Source of the DNA: Endomicrobiales bacterium
GTDB lineage: Bacteria; Elusimicrobiota; Endomicrobiia; Endomicrobiales; CAWCFT01
NCBI GenBank assembly: GCA_963794945.1
Contig: CAWCFT010000003.1
Coordinates: 59,473 to 123,472, forward strand
Reading direction: 5' to 3'
DNA length: 64,000 nucleotides
The position numbers and the translations under genes were made by a program. This document shows positions 1-11,521 of the stretch, one piece after another. Every line of letters starts with the position of its first letter. Position 1 is the first letter of the stretch. Below the pieces are notes generated by a model that did not search any database, was not told the origin of the DNA, and saw only the letters and a list, made by a program, of their open reading frames with translations.

Positions 1-843
1 ATGCCGGGCGCAGGTGTTGAAAAATCAACAAAAAGTGAAATAGCTCCGGAACCGGCGATAAAAATCAACGCAAGCGCAAAAGAAGAGCAGAAGGCGCCAA
101 GCTTAAATTTGCTGCCGCTCAAAATTATTTTTAGTAATTCTGGGAACGCAAAGTCACTGGATGACAATGAATCTCACCCGAGCGTAACCGTCAAGCAGCC
201 TGTGCCTGAAGTCAAGCAGGAACAGACTAAGCCGCCAGAACCTGTTATAAAAGAAGAACAAAAGCCTGTACCAGCGCCCATTGAAGAAAAACCGCAGGAA
301 ACAGAAGAAACAATAAATACTCCGCCTCCTGTTCCAGTGCCAGAGCAAAAGCCGTTAGTTCAAGAAGAAGAGAAACAGGCGCCGGCCGCTCCGGTAAAAG
401 AAACACAGGAAAATGTGGCCCAGCCTGAGCCGGTAAATAGCGCCGAGCCCGAAGTTAAAGAAAAAGAGGAACAGAAAAGCGTTATTGAGAAGAAGGCGGA
501 GCCTGTCGAAGTGGAGCCGGCCCCCACGGCACCGGCAAAGGTGCCCGCACCGGTTCCTGCACTCATCCCGGCTCCCGTGAAGAGTGCGGCCAGCGTTGCA
601 GGCGTTAAAATTGACAAACAGGCAAAGAAAAAATTATTTCTAGAGCATAAAAAGTCGCAACAGGCAAAAGCCGAAAACCAGCGCCAGGCCAGGATGCATA
701 CGGTTGTCGTTGGGGACAACCTGCAGTCGCTGGCCGAAAAATATTATGGTGATAAATCCATGTGGGTAAAATTATACGACGCAAATAAAGATAAGTTAGA
801 GAAAGGCACGCTGGAAGCAGGCCAAACAATTTTGATCCCATAA
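1..843 (+). CDS. LysM domain protein with long Pro/Glu/Lys-rich linker (probably 5'-truncated by window edge)
   Basis: C-terminal LysM motif HTVVVGDNLQSLAEKYYGD...LYDANKD...LEAGQTILIP after a low-complexity PEPV/EEQK region. Confidence 0.85.
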   Translation: MPGAGVEKSTKSEIAPEPAIKINASAKEEQKAPSLNLLPLKIIFSNSGNAKSLDDNESHPSVTVKQPVPEVKQEQTKPPEPVIKEEQKPVPAPIEEKPQETEETINTPPPVPVPEQKPLVQEEEKQAPAAPVKETQENVAQPEPVNSAEPEVKEKEEQKSVIEKKAEPVEVEPAPTAPAKVPAPVPALIPAPVKSAASVAGVKIDKQAKKKLFLEHKKSQQAKAENQRQARMHTVVVGDNLQSLAEKYYGDKSMWVKLYDANKDKLEKGTLEAGQTILIP

Positions 844-863
844 ATTTCAGAACCGTTTTACAT

Positions 864-2952
864 ATGGGCCCATTAAACCGGGCGGAGGCTATAATGGACG
901 AATTTAAAGACATCGATACCGAACTCATGAGGCTCAAGGAAGAGCTCAACTCAAAACATGAAGATTTCAGTCACGTGAAATTCCCATCGTCCGGTGATTA
1001 CTGGCGTTCGCGCCTTGATGAAGAAAGGGTGCTCTGGGATAAAAAAGTTGTGCTTGGCAGCGAAGAGAGAAAGGCGCTCGAGAAGAAGCTAAACGAGCAG
1101 GAAGAGCTCCTTTCGCGCTACAACCAGAGCGTCAGGGAAATGGAAAGAAAGATAGAGAACGATACAAAACTCTGGGAGGACCGCCTAAGGATCAAAGAAG
1201 CCGACATAATGATCGAAAAAAGCCGGCTACAAAGCGAAGCCAGGGTCAAAGAGATCGAGCTCGAAAGGCAGAGCCTCATGAAACACGTAACCGAGCTCTC
1301 TCTTAAAATATCAGAACTGCGCGACGACCAGGCAGCAGAGATAGAAATACTGAACATGCATGCGAAGCAAGACGCCGACCTTTATGAACAAAAACTCAAG
1401 GTTGCTGCGGCCGAATCCGACGCGCTGAAGAACAGGATGTCCGATGCGGAGAGCGTACTGAAAGCCCGTATATCGGAACTTGAAAAGCTTAAAGAAGAGT
1501 ACAGGGTAAGGCTTGAGGCAGCGGAAAAGAAGGCCGAAGAGGAAGCACGAGCAAGGTTCGCAAGCGATGAAGCGGCGTCAAAAACAAGAGCTAAGTCGGA
1601 AGAAGACAAGATCCAGATAAGAAAATCATTTGAAACCACAACTATTAAATTCGCCGGTATCATCAATAAAGATGTGGGTGCCCTGGCCGGCCTTTCCGGC
1701 ATTGCCGCCGATCACGAGCTAAAAAAAGAGACACTACTTATCATTAAAGGTTTGACCGGAAAACTGCAGTCGGAGTTGGGCGGGTTCGAGAAAGAACTTA
1801 ACTTAAAATTCGATGTGGACGACAATTTCAAAGCCGCTATCATCATGAGTGAAGATGAAGCCGCCTACTGGGAAGCGGCCCTCTCCGGCACGCGCGTGAC
1901 GATGGAAAAACTCGGCGTAAAATCGAATGTCAAAAAGTCGATTCCCGCTTTGAAACCGTGCGTTTGTGTCGTTTCGTTAAAAAAAATCAAGGCGGCGAGA
2001 ACGATCAAAGCCAGGTGGCCATTCGTCCCGGTTATAATATATGGAGAACTCCCCGAGAAACGCAAGGCAAAACTTGAAAAGGGCGGTTTCATAACGGTAT
2101 CTTCATACGGAACAGCGGACGATATGTACCAGTCGCTTTGCGACGCTGCAAAGAACAGCGCTGCCCAGCCGGACTACTGGGGCAAAGTAAAAATTAAAAG
2201 CAGGTGGGTCCTGCCTACTATGTACGCGGCCGCGACTATGTTGCTTGCCGGCCGGCTTCATTTACATGAACAACCCTGCCCTGCTCGAAAGGTTCGGCAG
2301 GGTGGCATCCTACAGCGTGCCTTACAGCCAGCCTTCCAATATAACATTTGACGGCGCATACCTCTGGGGCTGCGATTGGTACGGCCAGAGCATATACAAA
2401 CATGACACAACCCAGGGGCTGAAGCTCCTTAGGATATTCTGTTTTCCCGGCAAGCATTTTACGGCTATAACCTGGGCCGGCGGCTACCTCTGGAGCGCGG
2501 ACGCTTGGGAAAATAAGATATACAAACACAACACGGACGATAACTTCACCGTGCTTGAGACCTTCTCTACGCCCGGCACCGCAATAAGCGGCCTCGCTTT
2601 CGACGGGAAAAACCTATGGTCGTGCGATTCCTCGGCTGGCATGATATACCGCCACACAATCGACGCCAACCTTACCGTTGAGGACGCTTTCGAGAGCCCC
2701 GGCGCGAGCCCGTCAGGGTTGTTCTTCGATGGGAAAAATCTCTGGAGCGTCGATTCAAAGATAAACAGGATATTCCGCCACAAGATGGATGCTACCCTCA
2801 GCGTTGAGAAGTCGTTCATCCCGCCGCTTTACGACCAGAAGAATTACAACCTCAGCGGTATCGCCATAAAGAACAACAAGTTCTACGTGTGTTCAGAAAA
2901 GCTTGGAAAAGTATTTAGTTTTCCCGCGGAGAAAATGGAAGAGGTAAAGTGA
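864..2952 (+). CDS. Coiled-coil protein with TM helix and C-terminal beta-propeller; ORFs 864-2351 and 2245-2952 joined across a frameshift near 2250
   Basis: About 250 aa heptad-rich region; hydrophobic segment WVLPTMYAAATMLLAG continues as AGFIYMNN in the other frame; repeated blades (SNITFDGAYLWGCD, TAITWAGGYLWSAD, SGLAFDGKNLWSCD, SGLFFDGKNLWSVD). Confidence 0.7.
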
Positions 2953-2993
2953 GCGCCTGCGGCGAGGCGTTTAAACCATAAATATTCAAATAT

Positions 2994-3035
2994 AATAAAA
3001 AAGCCCCGAGTCTCAAGACCGCGGGCTTTTTTATT
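2994..3035. terminator. Bidirectional intrinsic terminator between convergent genes
   Basis: AATAAAAAAGCCC...GGGCTTTTTTATT hairpin with A and T tails. Confidence 0.85.
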
Positions 3036-3056
3036 TATAGTCAGTTAAGGAATATG

Positions 3057-3424
3057 CTATTTCGCTTTACGGCCCGCCTTCGCCAGAATTACTTTCCTTG
3101 CGCCGAACCATATTTTTTCTAGCGCGAAAGTGTCCCTCGATTCCTTGTTCATTACATGCACCACAAGACCGCCATAGTCGATAACGGCCCAGTGCGGCGA
3201 GCCTATCCCGTCCCGGTGCGACGGCAGTATATCGTGTTCGTCGCGGAATGTCCTGTAAATACCGTCCGCTATCGCCCTTATCTGCGGCGAGGATTCCCCG
3301 TGACAATCAGGAAGTAATCCGCGATAGTCGTCAGCCGCGCGACGTTAAGCAAAACGGGTTTCAGCGCTTTCTTTGAGTCCGCGATCTCGTAAGCTTTCCG
3401 TGCGAGTTTAAGGTACTTGCTCAT
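3057..3424 (-). CDS. rsfS: Ribosome silencing factor RsfS (Iojap), frameshift near 3297
   Basis: Manual translation MSKYLKLARKAYEIADSKKA...TTIADYFLIVTG/SSPQIRAIAD...HWAVIDYGGLVVHVMNKESRDTFALEKIW; typical position downstream of nadD-yqeK. Confidence 0.9.
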
Positions 3425-3430
3425 AGTTGT

Positions 3431-4365
3431 TTAGTATGACTGCTTCGCGTTCGTCAGGCGTTGCCTGTCACGTTCCTCCTGTTGGTGTCGTATGTTCTTT
3501 ATGGCTTCCGCGAGCTGGCTTGAGACGGTTGTGACGAGAAGCAGATGGCTGCTCCTGAATGCTCCCGCCGCGGATTTGCTCCACAGCAGAATAAAACCCA
3601 TCAGCGCCGAATCCTTTGTTATGGGCGAAACAAGCAGCGATTTCGCGCCTTCTAAAATACTCTCGCCGAGCGGGCTTATGCTTTCAGGTGAAGCGAGGAG
3701 CGTGCCCGTCGCCTTCTGCTTTAACAAAACCGCCAGAGGGCTTGCCGGGGAGACCTCTCTGGCGTCAGGGGGTGCGCGGCCGGATCAAATTCGTCGTTGA
3801 ACTCGTTGTAAATGTAACCGCCCCGTCCTCTGCTTCCGGTATGGCGAGCAGCACCTCATCGAGTATGTTCTTAAGCATATCGCTTTCTTTCTTGTCGCCG
3901 GATATTATCTTGCCCGTGTGATAAATGGTCGCGAGCTCTCTCGAGGTCTCGGTCCAGCCTGTCCATCGTCACCTGCAGAAGGCCCGAAAGCACGCGAAGC
4001 CCGGCCCTGGGCTCGTTTGAAATGAACCTTACGAAATCGCCCCGCTCTATCTTCCACAGGGCCGAGTCCGTCATTGAAACGGCGCCTGCAGTCCTCGGCG
4101 AATCCGAGAAAAAGGCCATCTCGCCGAAAACGCTTCCCGGCCCAAGCACCGCCAGCGTTTTCTCGTGGCCTGGCCCCAGCTTCTTGGATATAGAGATTTC
4201 TCCCGAGCTTACTATAAAAAACGAATCCGCCGCGCGCCCCTGCGGGAATATCTCGGCGCCGGCGCTGAATTTTACTTCTTTCAGCATTTCTGATATTTTC
4301 AAAAAAAGGTTCTCTTCCAGGCCGCGGAAAACGAAAACAGTCCTCAAAAGCGCAAGTTTGTCCAT
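3431..4365 (-). CDS. Cyclic-nucleotide-binding domain protein with C-terminal GAF-like domain (frameshifted near 3945)
   Basis: cNMP motif GPGSVFGEMAFFSDSPRTA; 3' part SLLVSPITKDSALMGFILLWSKSAAGAF...LLVTTVSSQLAEAIKN is GAF-like. Confidence 0.75.
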
Positions 4366-4386
4366 CTTATTCCCTCCGGTACCTGC

Positions 4387-5461
4387 TTACAACGCTCCGC
4401 TAGAGCCTCTGCCGCCGCTGCGGATAAACTCCGGGTCGTGCGCCTTCGCCGCCGCGTCTTCGGGCGAAACCAGGCCTTCCTGAACAAGTGTAAGGAGCGC
4501 CCTGTCGAGGCTCACCATGCCGAACTTAGAGCCAGTCATAATCGCCGAATATATCTGGTGCGATTTGCCTTCTCGCACCAGGTTCGCTATCGCCGGCGTC
4601 ACAACCATGACCTCTCTGGCGGCCACCCTGCCAATGCCGTCGGCTTTCGGCAGCAGTATCTGCGAGACCACCCCTTTGAGCGTAGTCGAAAGCATAACGC
4701 GCACCTGCTGCTGCTGGTGCGGCGGAAAAACGTCTATTATCCTGTCAATGGTCTGCGCGGCGTCGGTTGTGTGCAGCGTGCCGAACACAAGGTGCCCGGT
4801 CTCGGCTATGGTCAGCGCCGCGGATATCGTCTCGAGGTCCCGCATCTCGCCTATAAGCACTATGTCGGGGTCTTCCCTCAGCGCTGACTTAAGCGCGTTA
4901 GGAAAACTCTTTGTCTGCAGGCCTATCTCTCTCTGGCGGACGATGCACTTGAGGTTGTCATAGACATACTCTATCGGGTCTTCTATCGTAAGTATGTGTT
5001 CTTCGCGTTTCTGGTTGATAAGGTTTAAAAGGCAGGCAAGCGTTGTAGATTTGCCCGATCCCGTGGGCCCGGTCACAAGCACGAGGCCCCTCGGCAGGTC
5101 GGTGAACTGGATTATGGCCGGTGTCAGCTTCAGCTCGTCCGGCGAAGGTATTTTCGGCGAGATCACCCTCAGCACCGCTTCGGTGCCGTTCTTCTGCAGG
5201 AAAACGTTGATCCTGAAACGGGATATTCCTGGCACCGAGAAAGAGCAGTCCAGCTCCATGTTCTCTTCGAATTTTGACCTCTGCTCCGTTGTCAACAGCG
5301 AGTAGATGAGCCTCTTGGATTCTTCAGCGGCAACCACCGAAAATTCTTCAAGCTGGCCTCACGCTGCCCCTCACGCGGACCACCGGCGGCCGCCCAATGA
5401 CCATATGGATGTCTGAAGCCCCTCTTTGAACAGCTGTTTTCAGTATCTCAGCCATTTCCAT
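4387..5461 (-). CDS. pilT: Type IV pilus retraction ATPase PilT (frameshift near 5355)
   Basis: N-terminus MEMAEILKTAVQRGASDIHM; Walker A GPTGSGKSTT; EDPIE; ALREDPD; GHLVFGTLHT; AIANLVRE. Confidence 0.93.
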
Positions 5462-5480
5462 ACAGAACCTCCATCAAACC

Positions 5481-5574
5481 AGTGATAGTGTTAAGCGGTA
5501 AGTAAGGGCAGGCTGAATTAACATTTAAAGGGCTCTGTTTGTAACTTATCCCTTAACCCTTACCACTTGCCCCT
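5481..5574. repeat. Heptamer-periodic inverted repeat element
   Basis: Left arm agtgata gtgttaa gcggtaa; right arm cttatcc cttaacc cttacca cttgccc; shares gtgttaagcggtaag with the element at 41995. Confidence 0.7.
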
Positions 5575-5586
5575 AAGGAACTATTT

Positions 5587-6760
5587 CTATTTAACATCGC
5601 AGTCTTCGCCGAGGGTGACGGAAATATCAACATAGCGTTTGTTGTCGTAAGCGGGTAACCACTTCGCCGCAGGAGAGTATGTCCGCTATCCTCTGCGCCG
5701 AGCGCAGGTCGCCGGTAAGGTCTTTTATAAGAGTTTTCTTCTGCCTTGTGGCGTAAGTGCCGTAGTTGATGACGTCGAACCCCTGGTTGCGCAGTATCCA
5801 GGTCACCTTTTCGGCCAGCTTCACCTTGCTCGAAGCGTTCCAAACCTCTATGCGCGCCCTCGGACCCTGCGCGGCCGCGGCCGCGGTAGACGTCGAGCAG
5901 AGTATCTTGTCAAAAAGCCCCGAGCAGTTTTCCGCGTCAACTTCCCACATCAGGTCTTTGCGCGGAGCGCCGGGCAGCTGGGCCAGGCGTATGTCGTTAG
6001 TGCGCAGGTCCTTAAGCTCGGCCATGCACGTTAGCATGTCCCAGAACGAAAGGTTGGTCTTAACTTCCTGAAAGATTATGTTTGCCAGCTGGGGTATGCG
6101 CACTATAAGGACGGGGTTCCTAAACTTCGAAAGGACGGACTTAAGGAACCTCTGCTGGCGGAACACCCTGCCAAGGTCACCGGATTTACCGCGGTACCGC
6201 ACAAACTCAAGCGCGCCTTTGCCGTCCAGATGGTGCTTGCCCGCCTCAAAATGTATGTGGAGGTCCTGCGCGTTGTCGTCGTAGTTCATAGGCTCTTCTA
6301 TCTCGATGTCCGCGCCGCCGATAAGGTCGATAAACTTCTTAAAACCCGCGTAGTTTAACTGCACGTAATAAGGTATGTTCACCCTGCCGCCCAAAAGCTC
6401 TTCAACTGCCAGGCAGGTCTGCCTGCAGGCGTAGTGGTCGTCTTTCTTTGCGCGGTAGGCTGAAGCGTAAACCTCGTTTATGCGTGAAATGTGGTATCCA
6501 GTGGGAGAGAAATGCGTGTCGCGCGGAATGGAAACAAGGTTAAGGAACCTGTTCTTTGGGCTGTAATTGACGTAGACCAGCGTGTCGGAGTGCCGCGCGT
6601 AGTCTACCCAGTCTGTTCCTATAAGCAGGCCGTTGATGGGTTTGCCGTCCCTAACCAGCCTCGCTATGGGGCTCGTAACCGTTAAGTATATCGAGGCCGC
6701 AACTATCGCGACCACCGCCATCAGTATTATCTGGCCTTTGTTGAGCTTAAGATAGGACAT
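5587..6760 (-). CDS. LCP (LytR-CpsA-Psr) family protein with C-terminal LytR_C domain (frameshift near 5650)
   Basis: N-terminal TM; LLIGTD, HSDT, SIPRDT, FVRYR, GDLGRVFRQQ motifs; C-terminal RIEVWNAS...VDISVTLGED. Confidence 0.9.
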
Positions 6761-6762
6761 TC

Positions 6763-7338
6763 TTATTCCTCTATTATGGAGTTCCAGGCCGCCGCCGCGC
6801 AAGGGTGCAGCCAAGCTCTCTTCTTTATCACGTAATATATCTTATTCGCCATCGCTTTCCGCACGGCGGTATCAATTTTTGAATAAGCGAGCCTGCGCAG
6901 TTTGTTTACGCCCGGGTACCTGCGGTCGAACGACACCGCATCGGAAATATATATTATCTTGCCAAGCAGGCTCATGTGCTGCGCGCCCAGCGTGTGCGTT
7001 TCTATGGCGCGCAGTATATCGGGGTCAGTTATGCCGAACTCCCGTTTCGCTATGTCGGCGCTTATGTAGCCGTGAAGAAGCGACGGGTTGTGCTTTATAA
7101 CAAGTTCTTTCTCGGGCACTTTCAAACGGTATCTGGCCGCGTACTTTACCATGCCTTTTTTATCAAGGCTCTTGCCCGCGTCGTGCAAAAGAGCCGCAAG
7201 CTCGGCTTTTTGTTCCTGCACGCCGTACTTCGCGGCCAGGTTTTTTGCTATCCTGCATGTCCCGAGCGTGTGTTTGAACCGGCTGCTGCGCAGGCGTTTT
7301 TCTAAATATTCGATTATTCTTTCAGTTAGGTCTTTCAC
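6763..7338 (-). CDS. yqeK: HD-family Ap4A hydrolase YqeK
   Basis: RFKHTLG, LLHDAGK, LLHG, HTLG, IYISD motifs; directly downstream of nadD. Confidence 0.9.
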   Translation of the reverse strand: MKDLTERIIEYLEKRLRSSRFKHTLGTCRIAKNLAAKYGVQEQKAELAALLHDAGKSLDKKGMVKYAARYRLKVPEKELVIKHNPSLLHGYISADIAKREFGITDPDILRAIETHTLGAQHMSLLGKIIYISDAVSFDRRYPGVNKLRRLAYSKIDTAVRKAMANKIYYVIKKRAWLHPCAAAAWNSIIEE

Positions 7339-7921
7339 TGTATACGCCGTTCCCCGATATTATTTTAGCGACCTGAGCCGCCACCAGCCCTTTTAACGGC
7401 ATGCCTTTGGAAGCAAGCCCGCGTATCTGCGTGGAGGAAACCGCCGGTATCTTTCCCCGCAGGAACTTCACGTAACCGCCGGCGGATCTCTTGGCCGGGA
7501 CTTTGATACCGCGCCTCTTGCCTGCGATAAATACCAGCTGTTTAGTCAGCCTGCCGATATTTTTCCAGGTTTTTAGTTCGGCCAGCGAATCCATGCCGAT
7601 GATAAAAAATAGCTTGGCGCCCGGGTAAAGTTTCTTAAAATGGCCGACGGTTTGGTATGTGTAGGTTGCGGGTTTTCTGCCGGTCTCGTAGCGGCTTATG
7701 GCGAAATATTTGTAAGGCTTTACCGCTGCGGAAAGCATCTTAAGTCGTACACCGGCCGGCGCGAGGTTTTTTTTAAGCTTGTGCGGCGGGCATTTCGCCG
7801 GGATAAAGATAACTTTGTCCAGCCTGAACTCGTCCCGGGCCGCCTTCGCGAGCCCGATGTGCCCGTTGTGCACGGGGTCGAACGAGCCGCCGAATAAACC
7901 GATCCTTAAATTGCATTTCAT
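7322..7921 (-). CDS. nadD: Nicotinate-nucleotide adenylyltransferase
   Basis: GLFGGSFDPVHNGH, PPHK, FIIGMDS, VSSTQIR. Confidence 0.95.
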   Translation of the reverse strand: MKCNLRIGLFGGSFDPVHNGHIGLAKAARDEFRLDKVIFIPAKCPPHKLKKNLAPAGVRLKMLSAAVKPYKYFAISRYETGRKPATYTYQTVGHFKKLYPGAKLFFIIGMDSLAELKTWKNIGRLTKQLVFIAGKRRGIKVPAKRSAGGYVKFLRGKIPAVSSTQIRGLASKGMPLKGLVAAQVAKIISGNGVYSERPN

Positions 7922-7977
7922 GTAAAAATATTCCTGCTAAAGTCTATCAAAAAGCTGCCCTAAAATCAAACGTTTCC

Positions 7978-8006
7978 TTGAATAATGCGTTAAAAAGAGA
8001 TAGAAT
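7978..8006 (+). promoter_or_regulatory. Sigma70-type promoter
   Basis: TTGAAT-N17-TAGAAT. Confidence 0.55.
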
Positions 8007-8061
8007 TTGCTTACCATGGGGCGAGAAAGAACCTTTACCGGGGAATTCCGTTTATAATTAC

Positions 8062-8103
8062 AAGTCCACATTGCGCCTTGCGCGCGGTGTGGCTTTTTGT
8101 TTT
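8062..8103 (+). terminator. Intrinsic terminator upstream of the NHL gene
   Basis: 11-bp stem CCACATTGCGC/GCGCGGTGTGG (two G-U pairs) followed by CTTTTTGTTTT. Confidence 0.65.
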
Positions 8104-8150
8104 ACGATGTATCGCATTTTGCGATACCATAATGAGGAATGGGTTAATGT

Positions 8151-9225
8151 ATGCACGCAAATAAAAAAATCACATTAATAGGTATTGTTTTAAGCGTGGT
8201 GTCCATCGGGTTTGTCTATGGAGACTACACCATATCTACTTTCGCGGGTAATGGGAACCGGGGGTATTCGGGCGACGGGGGGCAGGGCCGATACTGCTGA
8301 ACTCAACGGGCCTTCCGGCTTAGCGGTAGATACTTCAGGGTATGTTTACATTGCGGATTTCGGCAATAACGTGATAAGGAAAGTAAACCCCAGGGGCGTC
8401 ATATCAACTATAGCAGGCAGCGGCGCGCGTGGTTATTCAGGCGACGCCAGTACAGCAACATTGGCCCAGCTTAACGGCCCTTCCGCTGTGGCTGTGGATG
8501 CTTTGGGTAATGTTTACATAGCCGACAGCGGCAACAACGTAATAAGGAAAGTGGACACCTCGGGCGTCATAACTACTATTGCCGGCACCGGCACGGCGGG
8601 TTATTTAGGCAAAAGGGGCCCCGCCACATCAATTGAACTTGACGACCCTTCCGGCGTAGCGGTAGACGCCTCGGGCAATGTCTACATAGCCGACAGCAAC
8701 AACAGCATGGTAAGGAAAGTAAACACCTCTGGCATGATGTCCACTTTTGCCGGCAACGGTAACCGCGGCGATTACGGCAACAACTGCAATGCAGGTTCGG
8801 CTGAACTTAACTCGCCCCGCGGCATAGCGGTAGACGCTTCCGGCAATGTCTATATAGCTGAAGAATTAAGCCAGCGGATAAGGAAGGTTAACACTTCAGG
8901 CATCATATCAACTATTGCCGGAAATGGGAGAAGCGGCTATTCAGGCGACGGCGGCAGCGCGGTTTCGGCAAAACTTAATACACCCCTCGGTGTTGCGGTA
9001 GACGCCGCGGGCAATATCTATATCGCCGACGTTGGCAATAATAGGATAAGGAAAGTAGACACTTCCGGCATAATTTCAACCGTAGCTGGTAACGGCACGC
9101 GCGGCTATTCGGGAGACGGCGACGCCGCCTCTTCAGCCCAGCTCAATTCTCCCCGCGGGGTGGCAGTAGACGCTTCGGGGAATATTTATATAGCTGATAT
9201 TGGGAATGACAGGATAAGGAAATAA
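8151..9225 (+). CDS. Secreted NHL-repeat beta-propeller protein (frameshift near 8286)
   Basis: Signal-like MHANKKITLIGIVLSVVSIGFVYG, then six ~56-aa repeats (LNxPxGVAVDASGNxYIADxxNxxIRKV...GYSGDGG). Confidence 0.9.
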
Positions 9226-9341
9226 AGACTACAGAGGAAGCAATAAAATAGAAAAAGAAGAGCATCGAAAGTCATGCGTCATAAGATACAAATTGTGGCA
9301 AAACCTAAGTAATCAATATCTGTGTCATTAGGCAATCCGGA

Positions 9342-11147
9342 TTGCGTAAGATGAGATCATTATCTAAAATTAACTTCATTACCTTTGCTGTTTTTTTTAT
9401 TTTACAGTTAACCGCCTGTTCAACCTTGCCGCCTTTGAAGAAGGGATCTGTTTCTGATGAAAAATATTCCGCCGCGATAGAATCGATAAGGAAAGATATA
9501 CGCAGCGAGATGAAGAAGCATCATGTTGTAGGGCTCAGCATTGCAGTGGTGGACGACCAGAAGATAGTTTGGTCGGAAGGGTTCGGGTATGCTTCAAAAA
9601 CGCAGAAAGTACCGGCTACGGCAGACACTATTTACCGCATTGGATCGGTTAGCAAACTATTTACAGCTACAGCGGTTATGCAGCTTTCGGACCGTGGAGA
9701 GATCGATATTGATAAACCCCTGAAAGCATACCTTCCGGAGTTCAACATAAAAAGCAGGTTTACCGATACCGCGCCTATCACTGTGCGTTCCGTTCTAACC
9801 CATCACGCTGGATTACCGAGGGACTATTTAAAAGGGTGGTTCACGCAGACTTCAACGGGGGCCGTGCAGTCCTGGCAGAACCTCGCGGGTGATGTCGGCA
9901 GTGAATATGTGTTGTTCCCTCCAAAATTCGTTTACGCTTATTCTAACCTCGGGTTCTCGCTTCTTGGGCGGGCGGTGGCGCGAGTTAGCGGGCAGGATTA
10001 CGACAAGTTTATCTCTTCTAACATTTTTACTCCTCTGGGCATGAACCACTCTTCGGTAATGTACAAACCGGAGTTTAAAGCCTATTATTCGGAAGGATAT
10101 TTCGGCAAGCGGGAAGTGAAGAACGCCGACATACACATGCGAGATATGAGCGCCGGGGCTCTGCTCTCCAGCGCTAACGACATGGCCCAATTCATTAAAA
10201 TGGTGTTCGCGGACGGCGCCTCAGGGCAGGGTGCTATCCTTAAACCTGGAACGCTTAAAGAAATGCTTACCCCGCAAAACACGTCCGTTAAACTCGACGG
10301 TAAAATTCACGGCGGCCTCGCTTACGGGCTGAGCGGCATAAAGGAGCTTGACTATGTTTTTACCGCGACGCACGGCGGGTATCTGCCTCCATTCCACAGC
10401 ATGGTCATTATGGCGCCGGACCAGAAACTGGGAGTGGTAGTGCTTGTCAACACCGACGGCAGCAACCCTAACAAGCTGGCTGTTAAAATGCTTTCTACGA
10501 TGATCGAGGCAAAAACCGGCTTGAAAGCCCCGGAAAAAACAAAGGCCGTGCTGAAAGTAGTGCCGCTGTCGAAACAGGAGCAGGGCCTTTACCGTGCATA
10601 TTTCGGAGCCTACAACCTTTTAGGGGAAGACGGCAGTTTGCTTGAGATCGAGCCGTCGGCCAAGGATCTTGCTGTAAAAGTTGATGGTCGCAGGACAATT
10701 CATCTTATACCCACAGGAAAAAACGCCTTTTACTTTAAGGTAAACCTTTTGAGCGTTTTTCCGGTAAGGTTGAAAAATAAAAACCTGAACATTGATTTTA
10801 TCGATGATAACACCGCGGTGGTGCGCTCGCTCGGCGTACCGTACATGATAATAGAGCGCGTGGCCAAGGCTCCTCTTCCCGAAACATGGAAAAAGCGGTG
10901 GGCAAATATGGGTTAACCAACCCAGACCTGAATTTCCCGATAAAAAGCAAGGCAGCGGAATTATGCTGGGACGATAAACACAGTGTTCTCTTTATTAGAT
11001 GGGGCTGGCAAAAAACTCCCCTTAAAACCGTTTTCGGACGATAACGCGGTGATGTACGGGATGGGCGCTACTATCCGCGCTGAAAAACGCGGAGGAGAAG
11101 AACACTTGACGTTTTCGGGGTTTGATTTTGCCAAAGGCAGAAAGTAG
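9342..11147 (+). CDS. Serine hydrolase, class C beta-lactamase/PBP family lipoprotein (frameshift near 10905)
   Basis: Lipobox LTAC; SxxK (GSVSK); LTHHAG; YSN; HGG; C-terminal extension continues in another frame to a stop at 11147. Confidence 0.88.
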
Positions 11148-11286
11148 TGCAATAAATGGTGTCAGCTGTAAAGTAATAAGTCAAGGAAAGCCAACTTGAC
11201 AACTTAAGGAATACGACTAAATTATATATTGTTAAAAATTAGGAAGCAAAAATAATTTTCAAGAATAATTTTCAAGGAGGCAGTTT

Positions 11287-11494
11287 ATGACACTTTTTAG
11301 AGATTATACTTTTCACTGGTGGCAGTTTAGTTTGTTGAAGTTATGTATATTGGCGCTGGGGATACTGGTGGGTAGTTACTGGCACGAGTATTTCCATGGC
11401 TGGCGGCGTTATAGCCCTGCTTTGGGCGGTGTTTATTTTGATAGCTGCATATCTCTTGGCCGTTGTATTTAAAAAAATGAAAAGCGCGCAATAA
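11287..11494 (+). CDS. Small two-TM membrane protein (frameshift near 11403)
   Basis: RBS AAGGAGG; MTLFRDYTFHWWQFSLLKLCILALGILVG continues as GVIALLWAVFILIAAYLLAVVFKK in another frame. Confidence 0.6.
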
Positions 11495-11521
11495 TACTTA
11501 AAAAATAAGGGGAGACGCAAA

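Noticed and set aside
8230..9225. ~168-bp DNA repeats as a CRISPR or other non-coding array
   Set aside because: They are in-frame NHL protein repeats
11251..11276. 13-bp tandem duplication AATAATTTTCAAG upstream of an RBS
   Set aside because: Only two copies in AT-rich DNA; could be an operator or slippage, with no further support
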